From assembly GCF_001465295.1 (NCBI RefSeq), contig NZ_CP011035.1:660001-692000 (forward strand): a DNA stretch of 32,000 bases, written 5' to 3'. A model generated the notes under the pieces. It was not told where the DNA came from. It saw only the letters and a program-made list of their open reading frames with translations, and ran no database searches. Source of the DNA: Pseudoalteromonas translucida KMM 520 (GTDB lineage: Bacteria > Pseudomonadota > Gammaproteobacteria > Enterobacterales > Alteromonadaceae). Below are positions 16,196 through 24,990 of the stretch, one piece after another. The position numbers were made by a program, and so were the translations under genes. Within the stretch, counting starts at the first letter, position 1. Each line of letters starts with the position of its first letter.

Positions 16196-18112
16196 GTGAT
16201 TGGTATTATCAAACAGCTGTTTAGTGCAACCGGGCCTTTGGCGTTATCTTTAGATGGGTATACACCACGACAGCCACAAATTGATATGGCGGTTGCCGTT
16301 GCCGATGCGTTAAAAAACAGCTCACAACTAGTAGTTGAAGCCGGAACGGGCACAGGAAAAACGTTTGCCTATTTAGCCCCTGCGCTTAAATCAAAAGGTA
16401 AAACCATCATATCTACGGGCTCTAAAGCCCTGCAAGAGCAGCTATATCATCGCGACTTACCGCAACTCGTAAAAGCGTTAAGTGCTTCTAAAAAAACGGC
16501 ATTATTAAAAGGCCGAGCAAACTACTTATGTACCTATCGGCTTAATCAGCATGTGGCGCATGTACCTACCGACGATTCTGATGTAATGCACCAATTAGCT
16601 ATGGTGGCTAAGTTTGCCAGCGAAACACAGTCAGGCGACTTAGCCGACTGTATTGGTATAGAAGATGATGCAAAAGTATTGCCTTATGTAAACTCCACCG
16701 CCGACAACTGTTTAGGCAAAGAATGCCCCGACTTTCAAGCTTGTTATATAAGAAAAGCACGCTTAAATGCTGCTGATGCCGATATAGTGGTAATTAACCA
16801 TCATTTATTTTTTGCTGATATGGCAGTAAAAGACAGTGGCTTTGCGGAGCTAATGCCCACAGCAGATGCTTATATATTTGACGAAGCACACCAATTAAGC
16901 GAAATTGCTAGTGATTACTTTGGCGAAAGCGTTAGCACTAAAAAGCTAGTGGATTTAATTAACGATTTACGTGCCATTTATCGTGCCGAAATCCCTGACA
17001 TGCTGCAGCTAGGTAAAAGCTTAAATAAACTCGAAACCAGTGTTGCCGATTTACGCCTGCAGTTTGGCGTTGATGGCAGCCGTGGTGATTGGCGCGCCAA
17101 GCTCAGCGATAAGCAAATTTGCGCCGCATTGCATCGGGTTATTAGCGACCTAGACTTTGTTTATCAGGTATTAAAACTTTGCTTAGACAGAAGCGATAAA
17201 ATAGAGCACCCGTTTGAACGTGCACTTGCATTTAAAGGCCAGTTGGAGCGGGTATTCGATACCACGCAAACCGGTTTTAGTTATTGGTACGAAACCACTC
17301 GCCGTTATTTAACTATTAATATAACGCCATTAAATGTATCAGTTAAATTTGCTAAAATGATGGCCGATACAGGCGCAGGGTTTGTATTTACCTCAGCGAC
17401 ATTGTCGGTCGACAATCAGCTTAGCCACTTTAACGCCAGCCTTGGACTAACACCCAAACAAAGCATGATGGTAGATAGCCCGTTTGATTATCCAAACCAA
17501 GCACTGCTGTGTTTGCCGCGTTACTTACCTGAGTCGCACGCAGACAATATGCCCCACGCAATTGTAAAATTAACCCTAGAACTGATTAAGTCGGCTAAAG
17601 GGCGCTGTTTTGTGCTTTTTACAAGTTACCGTATGATGCATTTAGTAGCCGAAGGACTTACTACGCAAATAGACTACCCAGTTTATATGCAAGGACAAAT
17701 GTCGAAACGTATTATTTTAGAAAAGTTTACCCGCCATGGTAACGCAGTGCTATTAGGGACGGCCTCATTTTGGGAAGGGGTTGATGTACGCGGCAGTACG
17801 CTAAGCTGTGTTATTATTGATAAGCTTCCTTTTGCTGCGCCAGATGACCCTTTGCTACAAGCTAAAATGCAAGACTGCCAAATGCAAGGAAAAGACCCCT
17901 TTGCACATATACAATTGCCGCAAGCAGTTATTGCGCTTAAGCAAGGAGTAGGGCGGTTAATACGCGACAGTAAAGACAAAGGCGTACTTGTAATATGCGA
18001 TAACCGCCTAGTTACACGCCAATATGGGCAAGTATTTTTAAAGAGCTTACCGCCAATGCGCCGCACGCGAAGCTTAGAAGATGCCAATAAATTTTTACAA
18101 CAAATTAATTAG
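16196..18112 (+). CDS. yoaA: DinG/YoaA-family ATP-dependent DNA helicase (XPD-like, Fe-S)
   Basis: 638 aa with a GTG start. Walker A is AGTGTGKT. Four Cys residues fit the Fe-S domain (LCTYR, DNCLGKECPDFQACY). The DEAH box is FDEAH. The size matches E. coli YoaA, and tsaB is adjacent as in enterics. Confidence 0.85.
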   Translation: MIGIIKQLFSATGPLALSLDGYTPRQPQIDMAVAVADALKNSSQLVVEAGTGTGKTFAYLAPALKSKGKTIISTGSKALQEQLYHRDLPQLVKALSASKKTALLKGRANYLCTYRLNQHVAHVPTDDSDVMHQLAMVAKFASETQSGDLADCIGIEDDAKVLPYVNSTADNCLGKECPDFQACYIRKARLNAADADIVVINHHLFFADMAVKDSGFAELMPTADAYIFDEAHQLSEIASDYFGESVSTKKLVDLINDLRAIYRAEIPDMLQLGKSLNKLETSVADLRLQFGVDGSRGDWRAKLSDKQICAALHRVISDLDFVYQVLKLCLDRSDKIEHPFERALAFKGQLERVFDTTQTGFSYWYETTRRYLTINITPLNVSVKFAKMMADTGAGFVFTSATLSVDNQLSHFNASLGLTPKQSMMVDSPFDYPNQALLCLPRYLPESHADNMPHAIVKLTLELIKSAKGRCFVLFTSYRMMHLVAEGLTTQIDYPVYMQGQMSKRIILEKFTRHGNAVLLGTASFWEGVDVRGSTLSCVIIDKLPFAAPDDPLLQAKMQDCQMQGKDPFAHIQLPQAVIALKQGVGRLIRDSKDKGVLVICDNRLVTRQYGQVFLKSLPPMRRTRSLEDANKFLQQIN

Positions 18113-18121
18113 AGTAATAAA

Positions 18122-18826
18122 ATGATCAAAAGTAATATTCTTGCCCTTGATGCGTCTACCGAAGCGCTATCAATTGTTTTACATTTTAAGGGGCAAACAT
18201 TTCATCATTTTGAAGAATGCCCACAGCAGCATAGTCAAAAAATACTGCCATTAATTGATCAGCTATTAGCCAGCGCAAACTGTAAATTAAAAGACTTAGA
18301 CGTAATTGGCTTTGGTCAAGGCCCAGGTAGTTTTACGGGAGTACGTATTAGTGTAGCTATTGCACAAGGCCTAGCATATTCAACTAAATTACCACTTGTA
18401 GGGGTATCTACGTTAGCTATTATGGCGCAACAAGCGTTTGAGCAGCACGGCCACGAAAGTGTTTATCCAAGTATTGACGCCCGCATGGGAGAGATTTACT
18501 TTGCGCATTACCAAGCACAAAATGGCTTAATGCAATTAGTTAATCAAGAGTGCGTAATTAAACCTGCGTTGTTAAATCAAGATTATATAGCCAATAGCGC
18601 GCCACAATCGGTTGCTGTAGGTACAGGGTTTAAAACATACCCAGATGCGCTGAATGATTTTGATAATGTAGCTATAAATAGCGAGATCACACTGCCCGAT
18701 GCACGCTACATGCTAGCGTTTGTAGAAGCAGGTTTTTTAGCGGGTAACGTTGTAAAAGCAAGCGATGCACAGCCTAAATATGTACGCGATACTGTTACTT
18801 GGAAAAAGCTTCCTGGTCGAGAATAA
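18122..18826 (+). CDS. tsaB: tRNA t6A37 biosynthesis protein TsaB (YeaZ)
   Basis: 234 aa. ILALDASTEA, GPGSFTGVRI, IDARMGEIY and a C-terminal YVRD.VTWKKLPG are collinear with E. coli TsaB as I recall it. Confidence 0.9.
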   Translation: MIKSNILALDASTEALSIVLHFKGQTFHHFEECPQQHSQKILPLIDQLLASANCKLKDLDVIGFGQGPGSFTGVRISVAIAQGLAYSTKLPLVGVSTLAIMAQQAFEQHGHESVYPSIDARMGEIYFAHYQAQNGLMQLVNQECVIKPALLNQDYIANSAPQSVAVGTGFKTYPDALNDFDNVAINSEITLPDARYMLAFVEAGFLAGNVVKASDAQPKYVRDTVTWKKLPGRE

Positions 18827-18902
18827 AAATTAAATAACGAGTATTTGCAAATTGGTTGTTTTTAAATCATAATTTTAAATAGATTAAGATTGGAGACGCG
18901 TA

Positions 18903-19232
18903 ATGACGCTGCCTATTGGTTCAGGTTTTTTTACCGGAGATATTCCGGGTAGAGTTAGCTCTGCTAAAGTAGTTACTAATAAATCACAAGGTTTGTTAGA
19001 GCATACTGCTGCGCCAAAAACGAATACCGATTATGTTAAAAACAGTCGTGAGGGCGTAGAGTTAGCGAATCAGTTTTTTAAAGCTAACGCAGCAAATACA
19101 CAATATAATCAAACTATTTACGACCAACCGTCAGCACAAGTAAGCAAGGCTATTTCTACTTATACCGAATTTGCAAATTTAGAACGACGTGCTGAAGTGC
19201 AAGATTTAATTGGTGTAGACATTTACGCTTAA
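18903..19232 (+). CDS. Hypothetical protein (109 aa), no hydrophobic segment, Asn/Gln/Thr-rich
   Basis: ORF with a GGAG 7 nt upstream. I recognise no family. Its stop is about 12 nt from the inferred right end of the IS. Confidence 0.45.
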   Translation: MTLPIGSGFFTGDIPGRVSSAKVVTNKSQGLLEHTAAPKTNTDYVKNSREGVELANQFFKANAANTQYNQTIYDQPSAQVSKAISTYTEFANLERRAEVQDLIGVDIYA

Positions 19233-19243
19233 ATTACTCAAGC

Positions 19244-19420
19244 TTGACATCCTCCACCACCTCGCCAAGCGCCTGAACAAGTTCAGGAAAGGAGGGGGAT
19301 TCCGATTAGTTTAAAACCATCGGGGCCTTGTGATCACTCATAAGGCAAGTTCCTGCTTCAACAAGCTGACTAATGTCAATCTCTCCACAGGCTAGAACGC
19401 GATGACCTCGCGCTAAAATA
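19244..19420 (-). ncRNA. Putative omega-RNA (reRNA) scaffold overlapping the tnpB 3' end and the right end of the IS
   Basis: By analogy with characterised TnpB elements, the guide RNA is made from the tnpB 3' end plus the right end. Structured segments are visible at 19249-19300. The 5' end is unknown and no covariance evidence is available. Confidence 0.3.
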
Positions 19421-20531
19421 TTTAATGCGCCAACATGATCCGCATTATCTTGATAACCGCACTTCGCACATTCAAACTTAGACTGCGTTAATCGGTTATC
19501 TTTTGATTGATGACCACACGCCGGACACGTTTGACTGGTATGTTTCGGATCAACAAAAATAACCTGACCGCCGAGGCAATCCTGCTTATATTTCAGCATC
19601 TCTTTAAACATTCCCCATCCTTGATTGAGAATGACGCGGTTTAAGCCAGATTTTTGTTTCACCATTTTTCCATGCTGCTCACTGTTGCCTTTGCTGTTTT
19701 TCGTCATATTTCTAATTTTAAGATCTTCTAGCACGATGATTGCGTGGCTTTTGCTCAACTGTGTTGAGATCTTATGTAATTTGTCATGACGAATATTGGC
19801 AACTTTCGTATGAAATGTTGTGATCTTTGCTTTTAATTTTTTCCAGTTACTTGAAAATTTCACTTTTCTAGCAAGTTGCTTCTGTAATCGTTTGATCCTG
19901 ATTGTCTGTTTACTGGTATCTATCGGCTCCACAAAACTGCCATCAGAAAGGATAATTAGGCGTTTCACGCCTAAATCTCCCCCAATCATGGCGTTTGATG
20001 GGTGCTTAGGTGGTGCTACTTCTTGTTCAACTTGGATTGAAACAAACCAGTGCTTTCCTTTTTGTGAAACAGTGACTTTTTAGCTTTTCCTAAAATAGCT
20101 TGGCTTTTTCTAACATTAACCCAACCGATTTTAGGTAAAAAAATACGTTTCCCATTCTTGTCGATTTTAAAGCCTTGAGGAAAACTAAAGCTATTCACCT
20201 CTCCTTTTTTCTTAAAAGTAGGCATCCGTTTGAGTGGTTGGTTTTTATCGAATGCGTCTTTAAAGGCGCGTTCAAGCTGTTTTAATGTTTGTTGGATAGT
20301 TTGTGCTGGCGATAGTGTTAAAAAGCCATACTCCTCGCTTTTTTTCCAAAGTTTGGAAAAGAAATCCAACTCTTGGTAGTAGCAAATTTTTTGTTTATTC
20401 TGTAACTTAAATAAGTTAATCGCTAAGGCTTTATTCCACAAGAATCGACAATTTCCCGCATATTGCGCCATTTTAGCGTTAATATCGGGTGTTGTTTTTA
20501 AAAGAAATTTATAAGCTTTGCGAATAATCAT
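19306..20531 (-). pseudogene. tnpB: tnpB (RNA-guided RuvC nuclease / IS605 OrfB) interrupted by a single frameshift
   Basis: The N-terminal ORF begins MIIRKAYKFLLK.. (ATG at 20531; the TTG at 20552 is an ORF-caller extension). It changes frame at the A5 run (T5 on the plus strand, 20077-20081). The downstream frame reads KVTVSQKGKHWFVSIQVEQEV...IGGDLGV (RuvC-I Asp), IVLEDLKI (Glu), CPACGH...CAKCGY (zinc finger) and NADHVGALNI (RuvC-III Asp). One extra A would fuse the two frames. Confidence 0.85.
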
Positions 20532-20655
20532 ACTGTTATTATATACAGTCAATCAAAAAGGAACAACCCACTTAGTCGCTTCGCGACTATTGCCTTATAT
20601 CACCGACCTAAAGGAACGGTGTTTTACGGCAAAAGTTGATAAAATTTAAAAATAA

Positions 20656-20688
20656 AAAGCCCGAACATATTAGATGCTCGGGCTTTTT
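20656..20688. terminator. Rho-independent (bidirectional) terminator downstream of the alkaline phosphatase gene
   Basis: GCCCGA(A)CAT-attag-ATG(C)TCGGGC stem (20659-20683), flanked by A5 and T5. Confidence 0.75.
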
Positions 20689-20719
20689 GTTTGTTACATA
20701 TTTATTGTATTTAATAACG

Positions 20720-22009
20720 TTATTTTTCTATAAATGCGATTAGCTTATCGGCAATGTCAGTATTGTTTTGTGAGCCCGTAAATTGCTCGCTACCTTTACC
20801 ATAGGCAAATACTTGTACATCAACTGCTGTATGGCCACCGGTTGTCCAGCCAGTAAAGCTGGCATCGTTAATAATACTTTTAATGGCTAAATTTAAAGGC
20901 TTTTTACCCATTTTTTTAGCTTGCTCAAGTTTAATTTGGTGCTCAGCACTAAACTCAATATTAGTATTAGCAGACCAAACTGTTTTTAAATTACTGGCAT
21001 CCATTAATAGCGAGGTTAATTTACCAGCCGAGGCTTTAACGCCTTTAACTATTTCGGTATCCCACTTGTATTGTCCGTGGGCACCAAGTGTTAAACCACC
21101 TGTTGAGTGATCTGCGGTAACAATTAAAATCGTGTCTTGGTTTTTATCAACGTATGCTTTTGCTTTTTCGACCGATTTAGCAAAGTCGTCCATTTCTGCC
21201 ATAGCACAGGCTATATCGTTAGCATGGCCACACCAATCAATTTGGCTGCCTTCAATCATCACAAAAAAGCCTTCTTTGTTTTGGCCATCTAACAAATCAA
21301 GTGTTTTAGTGGTTAATCTTGCAAGGCGAGTAGGGTGCTCATCAATTGCGTATGGAAGGCCTTTTTCGGCGTATAAACCAATGGCAGGGAGTTGCGTAAT
21401 TTGGCCTAGGTTATTAATGTCGTCGGAGTATTGATAACCAGCGGCTTTAAATTCTTCAACTAAGTTACGGTCTTCACGAATAAAATATTTAGTCCCTCCA
21501 CCTAGCATTAAATCAACGGGTAGCTTGCCAGCAATTTTATTATCTATGTAATCGTTGGCAATTTCATCGTAGTTACCGCGAGATTCATTATGAGACGCAA
21601 AGCTTGCCGGTGTGGCGTGGTTAATTTGCAAAGTAGCGACAAGTGCAGTGGTCATACCGCGCTCTTTTGCAATTTCTAACATCGTTTTAACGGGCTTTTT
21701 ATTGGTATCTACGCCAATAGCACCGTTATAGCTTTTATGACCACTACTTAATGCTGTAGCACTTGCTGCGCTGTCGGTAACATAAGTATGATCGTCTGGG
21801 TAGGTGTGTGCCATGCCGGTTAACATAGTATCGAATACGGTGCTTTCAATTGCTTTTGTGTTTGGATCGTCTTTAAAGTAGCGATAAGCAGTTGTATAAG
21901 CTGGGCCCATGCCATCGCCAATCATATAAATAATATTTTTTGGTGCCGAATCTGCATAAGCACCTGTTGCGCTGCATAAAAGCGCCAATAAACTGAGCTG
22001 TTTTTTCAT
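20720..22009 (-). CDS. phoA: Alkaline phosphatase, PhoA family, exported
   Basis: 429 aa with a signal peptide (LLALLCSATGAYA). MIGDGMG metal site, active-site DSAASATA (nucleophilic Ser), and DHSTGG/GGHT metal ligands. Confidence 0.88.
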   Translation of the reverse strand: MKKQLSLLALLCSATGAYADSAPKNIIYMIGDGMGPAYTTAYRYFKDDPNTKAIESTVFDTMLTGMAHTYPDDHTYVTDSAASATALSSGHKSYNGAIGVDTNKKPVKTMLEIAKERGMTTALVATLQINHATPASFASHNESRGNYDEIANDYIDNKIAGKLPVDLMLGGGTKYFIREDRNLVEEFKAAGYQYSDDINNLGQITQLPAIGLYAEKGLPYAIDEHPTRLARLTTKTLDLLDGQNKEGFFVMIEGSQIDWCGHANDIACAMAEMDDFAKSVEKAKAYVDKNQDTILIVTADHSTGGLTLGAHGQYKWDTEIVKGVKASAGKLTSLLMDASNLKTVWSANTNIEFSAEHQIKLEQAKKMGKKPLNLAIKSIINDASFTGWTTGGHTAVDVQVFAYGKGSEQFTGSQNNTDIADKLIAFIEK

Positions 22010-22320
22010 GTTTGTACCTTTTAAATGTACTTAATTTAATTAGCTTGGAGTTATTGTATACAGTTAATATGATAAATAAATTAATATCGATGAACGACTA
22101 AAGCAAGGTGTTAAAGTTATATTGTGCTTAAGCTTTATAAAATCAGGATCACATAAACTAATTTACTTGCTTAGTTATAATTACTTCTTTGTTTTAAATT
22201 AGCTGGTAGCAAATACCTATCATTAAAGGTTACATTGTATATATAAGCTTTAAGTAACGTTTTAAAGGTAGTTATTTCAAATGTTATGAGTAATATTATA
22301 TAAATTAATAGGGGTGTGCT

Positions 22321-23172
22321 GTGCAACCATTTAATATTCAAATCAATAATTTAAATATTCATGGTTTAAAAATGGGAAGTGGAGATGAAGTAGTAATTGC
22401 GCTGCATGGCTGGCTTGATAATAGTGCAAGTTATATCCCTATGTTAGCAAATGCCAAAGTGCAGCAAACGTGGTATTGCCTTGATTTTGCTGGACACGGT
22501 TTGTCGTCGTGGCGTAGCGACGACGCACACTATTATTTTGTAGACTATATAGATGATATATATCAGTTTATAAATGCTTTAGGGGTAAAAAAAGTACACC
22601 TAGTAGGGCACTCTATGGGAGCTATGGTGGCGGGGTTGTTTGCAAGCTGTTTTAGTGACTATGTAACGTCTGTAACATTTATAGAAGGGATTGGGTGCGT
22701 AACAACCCCAAGTGAAGAAGTAACTCAACAACTTAAAAGTGCTATTTTAAACCGAGACAGGCTAAAAAATAAAAAGCCAAGAGTGTATCAATCGAAAGAG
22801 CAAATACACCAAGCACGTGCGCAAACAACAGATTTAAATAGCCAGCTTGTTGAGGTGTTAATGGAGCGCAATATTAAAACAATTAAAAATGGATTTGCAT
22901 TAACAACCGACCCAAAACTTAAAAATCATTCAGGTTTTAGGTTTGATGAGGCGCAATGTATTGGTGCAATAAAAAATATAATTGCGCCATGTCAGTTAAT
23001 ATTAGGAGATACAGGCTACACTTTTGTAAAACAAAATTTAGAAAACTATACTAAATATTACAATAGCTTAAATGTAATAACTGTAGAGGGCGGACATCAC
23101 TGTCATATGCAAAGTAGTGCGCACTGTTTTGAACAGATTCAAGCATTTATGGTGCAAAGTAGCGTGTGTTAA
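22321..23172 (+). CDS. Alpha/beta-fold hydrolase
   Basis: 283 aa with a GTG start. HGWLDN oxyanion region, nucleophile elbow GHSMGA, and a C-terminal GGHHCHM. The substrate is not inferable. Confidence 0.75.
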   Translation: MQPFNIQINNLNIHGLKMGSGDEVVIALHGWLDNSASYIPMLANAKVQQTWYCLDFAGHGLSSWRSDDAHYYFVDYIDDIYQFINALGVKKVHLVGHSMGAMVAGLFASCFSDYVTSVTFIEGIGCVTTPSEEVTQQLKSAILNRDRLKNKKPRVYQSKEQIHQARAQTTDLNSQLVEVLMERNIKTIKNGFALTTDPKLKNHSGFRFDEAQCIGAIKNIIAPCQLILGDTGYTFVKQNLENYTKYYNSLNVITVEGGHHCHMQSSAHCFEQIQAFMVQSSVC

Positions 23173-23286
23173 TTGTATATTAGCGTTAAATGTGGGATTA
23201 TTCTTCATTAGAGTATTTGCTCAATTGTCAAAGTGCCTTACTTAGATTAAGGTTAATAAAAATATAACTATAAACAGGGGCTAAGA

Positions 23287-24939
23287 GTGGAAAAAATTTG
23301 GCTTAAGCGCTACCCAGAAGGTATGCCTGAAACTATCGATCCTGAGCACTATGCCTCATTACTCGAAGTGTTTGAAAAAAGTTTTACCGATTACAAAGAT
23401 TTACCCGCATTTACAAATATGGGTAAAACCTTGTCTTATGATGAAATTGATATAGCAACTAAAAAAGTTGCGTCTTATATTCAAAATGATTTAGGCCTTA
23501 AAAAATGTGACAAAGTGGCAGTTATGATGCCTAACTTGTTACAAACGCCCATTGCTATTTTAGGTATTTTACGTGCAGGCTGTGTTGTTGTTAATATAAA
23601 TCCACTCTACACAGTGCGTGAACTTGAGCACCAACTAAAAGATTCTGATACTTCAGCAATTTTTATATTGGCTAACTTTGCCGATACACTGGAAAAAGCA
23701 CTACCGCATACCGATGTTAAACATATTGTTGTTACCCAAGTAGGCGACATGATGGGTGGCATTAAAAAGCATGTTGTAAACTTTGTTGTTAAGTACATTA
23801 AAAAGATGGTGCCAAGCTACACTTTGCCAAATACCATTAATTTTTGCGATTTACTTAAAGCCGACGAAAATGCCTATGTACGACCAGAGGTTAACTTAAG
23901 TGATTTAGCTTTTTTACAATATACCGGCGGAACAACGGGTGTATCTAAAGGCGCAATGTTAAGTCACGGTAATATGGTAGGTAATCTTGAGCAGGTATCG
24001 GGATGTTTAGACCCAGTGCTTGAGCGTGGTAAAGAAGTGGTAATAACTGCGTTGCCGCTTTATCATATTTTTGCATTAACGGCTAACTGCTTAACATTTA
24101 TGAAGTACGGCGGATTAAATGTACTTATAACTAACCCACGCGATATGCCTGGTTTTATTAAAGAATTAAGTAAAACTAAATTTACTGCTATTACAGGTGT
24201 AAATACTTTATTTAATGGTTTGTTAAACACGCCAGGATTTTCGGAACTTGATTTTAGTCACTTAAAAATGTCATTAGGCGGCGGTATGGCTGTACAACGC
24301 CCAGTCGCTGAAAAATGGCAAACAGTTACAAAATCTAAATTAATGGAAGGGTATGGTTTAACCGAGTGTTCTCCTTTAGTTACTGTAAGTCCTTATGACT
24401 TAACTGCATATAATGGCTCAATTGGTTTACCGGCTCCTAGTACCGAAATTAAATTAATTCTTGATAATGGGCAAGAAGCGGCAAAGGGTGAACCAGGTGA
24501 ACTTTGGGTTAAAGGCCCGCAAGTTATGCTTGGTTACTATAAACGCCCAGATGCAACCGCTGAGAGTTTACAAGATGGCTGGTTTGCTACCGGTGACATA
24601 GCAACGTATGACGACGAAGGTTTCTTTTATATTGTCGATCGTAAAAAAGATATGATTATTGTCTCGGGCTTTAATGTATTCCCTAACGAAATTGAAGAAG
24701 TTGTTGCTATGCACGACGGAGTGCTTGAAGTAGCAGCTATTGGCATCCCTCACGATACGAGTGGTGAACAAGTTAAAGTTTTTGTTGTAAAAAAAGACCC
24801 TTCTTTAACTGAAAAAGATATAATAAAACACTGTCGTGATAATTTAACTAATTATAAGGTGCCTAAGCTTGTTGAGTTTAGGGATGAGTTACCTAAAACT
24901 AACGTAGGTAAGATTCTCAGAAGAGCCTTGAAAGATTAG
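23287..24939 (+). CDS. fadD: Long-chain fatty acid-CoA ligase FadD
   Basis: 550 aa with a GTG start. N-terminus [23 protein letters not shown]-binding [15 protein letters not shown] and a C-terminal GKILRR. It is collinear with E. coli FadD as I recall it, and rnd lies downstream as in E. coli. Confidence 0.9.
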   Translation: MEKIWLKRYPEGMPETIDPEHYASLLEVFEKSFTDYKDLPAFTNMGKTLSYDEIDIATKKVASYIQNDLGLKKCDKVAVMMPNLLQTPIAILGILRAGCVVVNINPLYTVRELEHQLKDSDTSAIFILANFADTLEKALPHTDVKHIVVTQVGDMMGGIKKHVVNFVVKYIKKMVPSYTLPNTINFCDLLKADENAYVRPEVNLSDLAFLQYTGGTTGVSKGAMLSHGNMVGNLEQVSGCLDPVLERGKEVVITALPLYHIFALTANCLTFMKYGGLNVLITNPRDMPGFIKELSKTKFTAITGVNTLFNGLLNTPGFSELDFSHLKMSLGGGMAVQRPVAEKWQTVTKSKLMEGYGLTECSPLVTVSPYDLTAYNGSIGLPAPSTEIKLILDNGQEAAKGEPGELWVKGPQVMLGYYKRPDATAESLQDGWFATGDIATYDDEGFFYIVDRKKDMIIVSGFNVFPNEIEEVVAMHDGVLEVAAIGIPHDTSGEQVKVFVVKKDPSLTEKDIIKHCRDNLTNYKVPKLVEFRDELPKTNVGKILRRALKD

Positions 24940-24946
24940 CAACCAT

Positions 24947-24976
24947 TAAAAAAGCCGACATATGTCGGCTTTTTTA
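24947..24976. terminator. Rho-independent terminator after fadD
   Basis: AAAAAAGCCGACATATGTCGGCTTTTTT: a palindromic GC-containing stem with an A-run on one side and a T-run on the other. Confidence 0.8.
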
Positions 24977-24990
24977 TTGTAGGAGACTAA

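Larger units (their letters stand above)
19244..20650 (-). mobile_element. IS200/IS605-family element of the tnpA-less (IS1341-like) type carrying only tnpB; ends approximate
   Basis: A TnpB gene is flanked by subterminal hairpins.
- Left-end side: TAGTCGC-ttc-GCGACTA (20573-20589).
- Right-end side: a nested structure at 19249-19300, with CCTGAAC/GTTCAGG inside an imperfect 10-bp stem. On the element strand this is followed by TCAA (19247-19244).
- No Y1 transposase ORF is present.
- The exact boundaries were not determined. Confidence 0.72.

Noticed and set aside
20532-20552. TTG-initiated extension of tnpB (MTVYNNS...)
   Set aside because: TnpB proteins typically begin M-x-(R/K)-A-Y-K, which matches the ATG at 20531 (MIIRKAYKF). 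The TTGACT...TATAAT in this stretch looks like promoter hexamers, but they are only 3 nt apart and cannot act as a -35/-10 pair.
22045-22075. Pho-box-like sequence upstream of the alkaline phosphatase gene (minus strand TTATCATATTAACTGTATAC)
   Set aside because: The half-sites resemble CTGTCAT, but the first matches only 5 of 7 positions. The repeat spacing is 12 nt rather than the 11 nt of PhoB boxes. This is too weak to call without comparative data.
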